Source: Nemertoderma westbladi (taxonomy: Eukaryota > Animalia > Xenacoelomorpha). Taken from it: a DNA stretch of 36,658 nucleotides. This document shows, piece after piece, positions 33,968 through 36,658 of this stretch. The notes below the pieces were generated by a model that was not told the DNA's origin, ran no database searches, and was given only the letters and a program-made list of their open reading frames with translations. Position numbers and translations under genes: made by a program. The DNA lies in contig JAUCBJ010007961.1 in assembly GCA_032718475.1 (NCBI GenBank), forward strand, positions 1 to 36,658, read 5' to 3'. Positions within the stretch are counted from its first letter, which is position 1, and every line of letters begins with the position of its first letter.

Positions 33968-35682
33968 GAACTGATATTATTATGTTATATAACGTATGTA
34001 TGTTTCAAATATTTTGTTAAATAAGTTGACATTATCACAATTAATATAAAAGGAATTAAAATTAATATAAACACCCAAGAGTTGCATATTTCTAGTAGTG
34101 ACGGCTGAATGAATAGAGTTTGTAAAGTGTACATCTAATATTCCTCCTCTCCCTCCTCATCTTCGGCTTCACCACTATCAACTCCAACCTCCTCGTAATA
34201 CTTATCCAGAGCAGCGAGATCCTCAAGAGCCTCGCTGAATTCTCCCTCTTCTAACGCACCGCCCACATCCCTGCGCCATCGTCAAGCCCTATTGGCCGCC
34301 ACGACCTCCGCCCACCCCTCAAACAAAGACCCACTGCCCGGACCAAGGCGATAGAAAGCCGCGCCCTCACCCACCCCAATACCGAACCACTAGGCTTCTC
34401 CTTCCACCCCTCCTTACAGGAGAGGTGTGTCGCAAGGTGGTGCAGGAAGTGGGAGGCTTCCTTCCACCAGACTCCGTCAGCAGTGACCGCGAGCGGAGTG
34501 AAGGTGAGTCGAAGCTGCTCAGAGATTTGGCTGTGGTGGTGCTTCTTCGAACTCTCTTTCGCCCGCAATATATTGTCCGTGGAGCGGTTGCGGTAGGAGG
34601 GAGCGTCAGCGTTTACAACGCATATGTCAAACGACGCCTCCATCTGCGGCTCCCACACACCACGGACAACTAGGTCAGTTCTGACCCCTGCCTCACCCAA
34701 GTACTGCCCCTCTCACAACATTACCTCTCGCCTAACAGCGCTCTCCCCCCATACCTTCGCACACAGCTCGCCTACCACATCCCTCATCTCGTCGTGCCGA
34801 CGAATGACGAGTCCACCCTTACGGCAATTGAGGGCGTGTTCCACTGTAAACTCGGCACCGCAGCCATCGCAATGGGATGGGAGGAGTGGAGGGGTGTATC
34901 CGTAGCGGAGACATAACGCGTCTCTAAAGGTCTCAGCCGACAGGTCAGTCTGTGGACCTTGGATGGCGTCACACTTAGCCAAGCCGTTGTTTTTGACTCC
35001 AGTTGTCTCCTTACCTTGCGCTGTCTCTCTGGATTCATCCGCTCCAGCACCCGAGTCCGCACCTCTGCAGCCCTCTCGTCCTCTAATTTGCGATTCCGGC
35101 GGGTGACATCCTGTATTTCAGAGACATATTCTGCGATTGACAAGGGAGAGTCCTCCCGAAGTGCAGAGGCAACGGCGGCCGTCCCCTCCTTAGATGTCTG
35201 GAACGCTGTCGCTGCCCGTCGAATCGGGTCTCTTAGCCCCAGCCCCCCATGAAGGACAGGCTGAAGAAGCAGCTCATGGTCTGTATGCGGTACAGGAACT
35301 CCGAAAAGGGCGGGCAAGAATCGAGATAGCAGGGCATTACGTAGGGGTTGGTAGGTGTCCAGATCTACATCGAAAACCCTCATTGAGAAATCCCATTCAG
35401 CTTGTAACGATTTTGTTAAGGCCGCTAGGGACTCTTGTGGATAAACCTTTGCCGCATCTGCCAGGATCTCGATATGTGACACCCATTGCTTTACCTTCTC
35501 CTCCAAGTAGGAGAAGCGTTCGGAATCTGCGCCCACGAACCCCCCAAGGAACCGCCAGCCTGCAACTATATTCTCCTCTTTCAATCCTAGTGTCACGAAT
35601 CGTTCTCTGGCTTCCTGGACCTATTCCTCACGTACAACTAATATAAATTTGCCAGGTTCGGGGAAGTAAGAAGTTGCGATTC
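33968..35682 (-). mobile_element. 5'-truncated CRE-like (restriction-like endonuclease) non-LTR retrotransposon
   Basis: GC-rich coding remnant between 15-bp direct repeats ACCAACTTATAAAAT (33953-33967, 35683-35697); purine-rich then AT-rich 3' UTR. Confidence 0.75.
34251..35668 (-). pseudogene. RT C-terminus/thumb + CCHC zinc knuckle + RLE endonuclease, disabled
   Basis: YFPEPGK...RFLGGFVG, GGLGLRDP, FRDALCLRYG, CDGCG..EHALNC, RRHDEMRD, RTDL..DICV, FTPLAVTADG. In-frame stops at ~35622 and 34713-34715; frameshift near 34955. Confidence 0.88.
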
Positions 35683-36112
35683 ACCAACTTATAAAATAAA
35701 TAACACATTCTAGAATTTTGTGTATTTATTAAATAGAATAAATGGCCTGCAGCGAACGATAATTCTTGCAATCTTTGAACGCCTATATCTCAGCTGTTTC
35801 TCAACGAAATTCAGATATTGTTACATATTTAAATCCTTGCAACGCAAGCTTTTTAATGATATGAAAAAATTACGACTAATGTGAATAATGGCTATGATAC
35901 AGAGGGTGCGATTTCGCAAAAGACACTTTTTTAAAACGCTTATAAAAAAATTTAAAGGCAAAATCGAAAATTGCGGCTTCATGGGGTCATCGACGGTGAG
36001 TGGAACTAGTTGTGTTTCAAATTTCAAGCAATATGATAAAGATTTGTAGAAAAATCTGGGGGGCGGGGGGGTCCGTGTCATCTGAAAATGACACTATATG
36101 TGGGACATGGTG

Positions 36113-36658
36113 TATAAGTTACTCAATAATATAACTATGTAAGTTGCTACATTATATAAGTTACTATATAACTTAACGATGTAAGTTGTTAAATTATATA
36201 AGTTACTATATAACATAACGATGTAAGTTGTTACATTATATAAGTTACTATATAACATAACTATGTAAGTTGCTACATTATATAAGTTACTATATATCAT
36301 AACGATGTAAGTTGCTACATTATATAAGTTACTATATTACATAACTATGTAAGTTGTTACATTATATAAGTTACTATATAACATAACGATGTAAGTTGTT
36401 ACATTATATAAGTTACTATATAATATAACTATGTAAGTTGTTACATTATATAAGTTACACAATAATATAACTATGTAAGTTGCTACATTATATAAGTTAC
36501 TATATAACTTAACGATGTAAGTTGTTACATTATATAAGTTACTATATAACATAACGATGTAAGTTGTTACATTATATAAGTTACTATATATCATAACGAT
36601 GTAAGTTGTTACATTATATAAGTTACTATAAAACATAACGATATAAGTTGCTACATTA
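36113..36658 (+). repeat. 42-bp satellite, block 3 (13 monomers, runs off the window)
   Basis: The same monomer resumes at TATAAGTTACT after the inserted element. Confidence 0.98.

Larger units (their letters stand above)
33694..36112. mobile_element. Damaged foldback/MITE-like DNA element (Tc1-mariner-like right end) with a nested retroelement
   Basis: 123-bp inverted arms at 33768-33890 and 35707-35829 (about 6 mismatches by eye). The right end read inward is TA-CACCATGTCCCAC, at a TA in the satellite. The left outer arm is missing and replaced by scrambled sequence. Confidence 0.65.

Noticed and set aside
34425-35646. Plus-strand ORFs over the RLE element, and minus-strand ORFs inside FGFR exons and LINE ORF2
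   Set aside because: Antisense shadows of real coding sequence with no independent motifs.

Overview
AT-rich animal (invertebrate-type) genomic DNA. The main gene is a + strand FGF receptor (FGFR)-family tyrosine kinase. I reconstruct 14 coding exons (7654-14417; 2715 nt = 905 codons, all splice phases compatible) encoding signal peptide, acidic region, three Ig domains, TM helix and kinase. The expected last exon (EYLxL tail) is not in the window. From 14411 to the window end lies a 42-bp satellite (~400 monomers) whose monomer is the exon-14 end plus its 5' splice site (TAACGAT|GTAAGT), so the intron holds hundreds of copies of its own donor. Two insertions interrupt it: (i) a 3.2-kb LINE with an intact APE+RT ORF2 and a 6-bp target-site duplication; (ii) a damaged foldback/Tc1-mariner-like MITE carrying a 5'-truncated, pseudogenised CRE-type restriction-like-endonuclease retrotransposon. 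Upstream are a Helentron/HINE-like element with 11 tandem CTCF-like motifs, decayed LINE/SINE fragments, a candidate TATA promoter and a 63-bp minisatellite.
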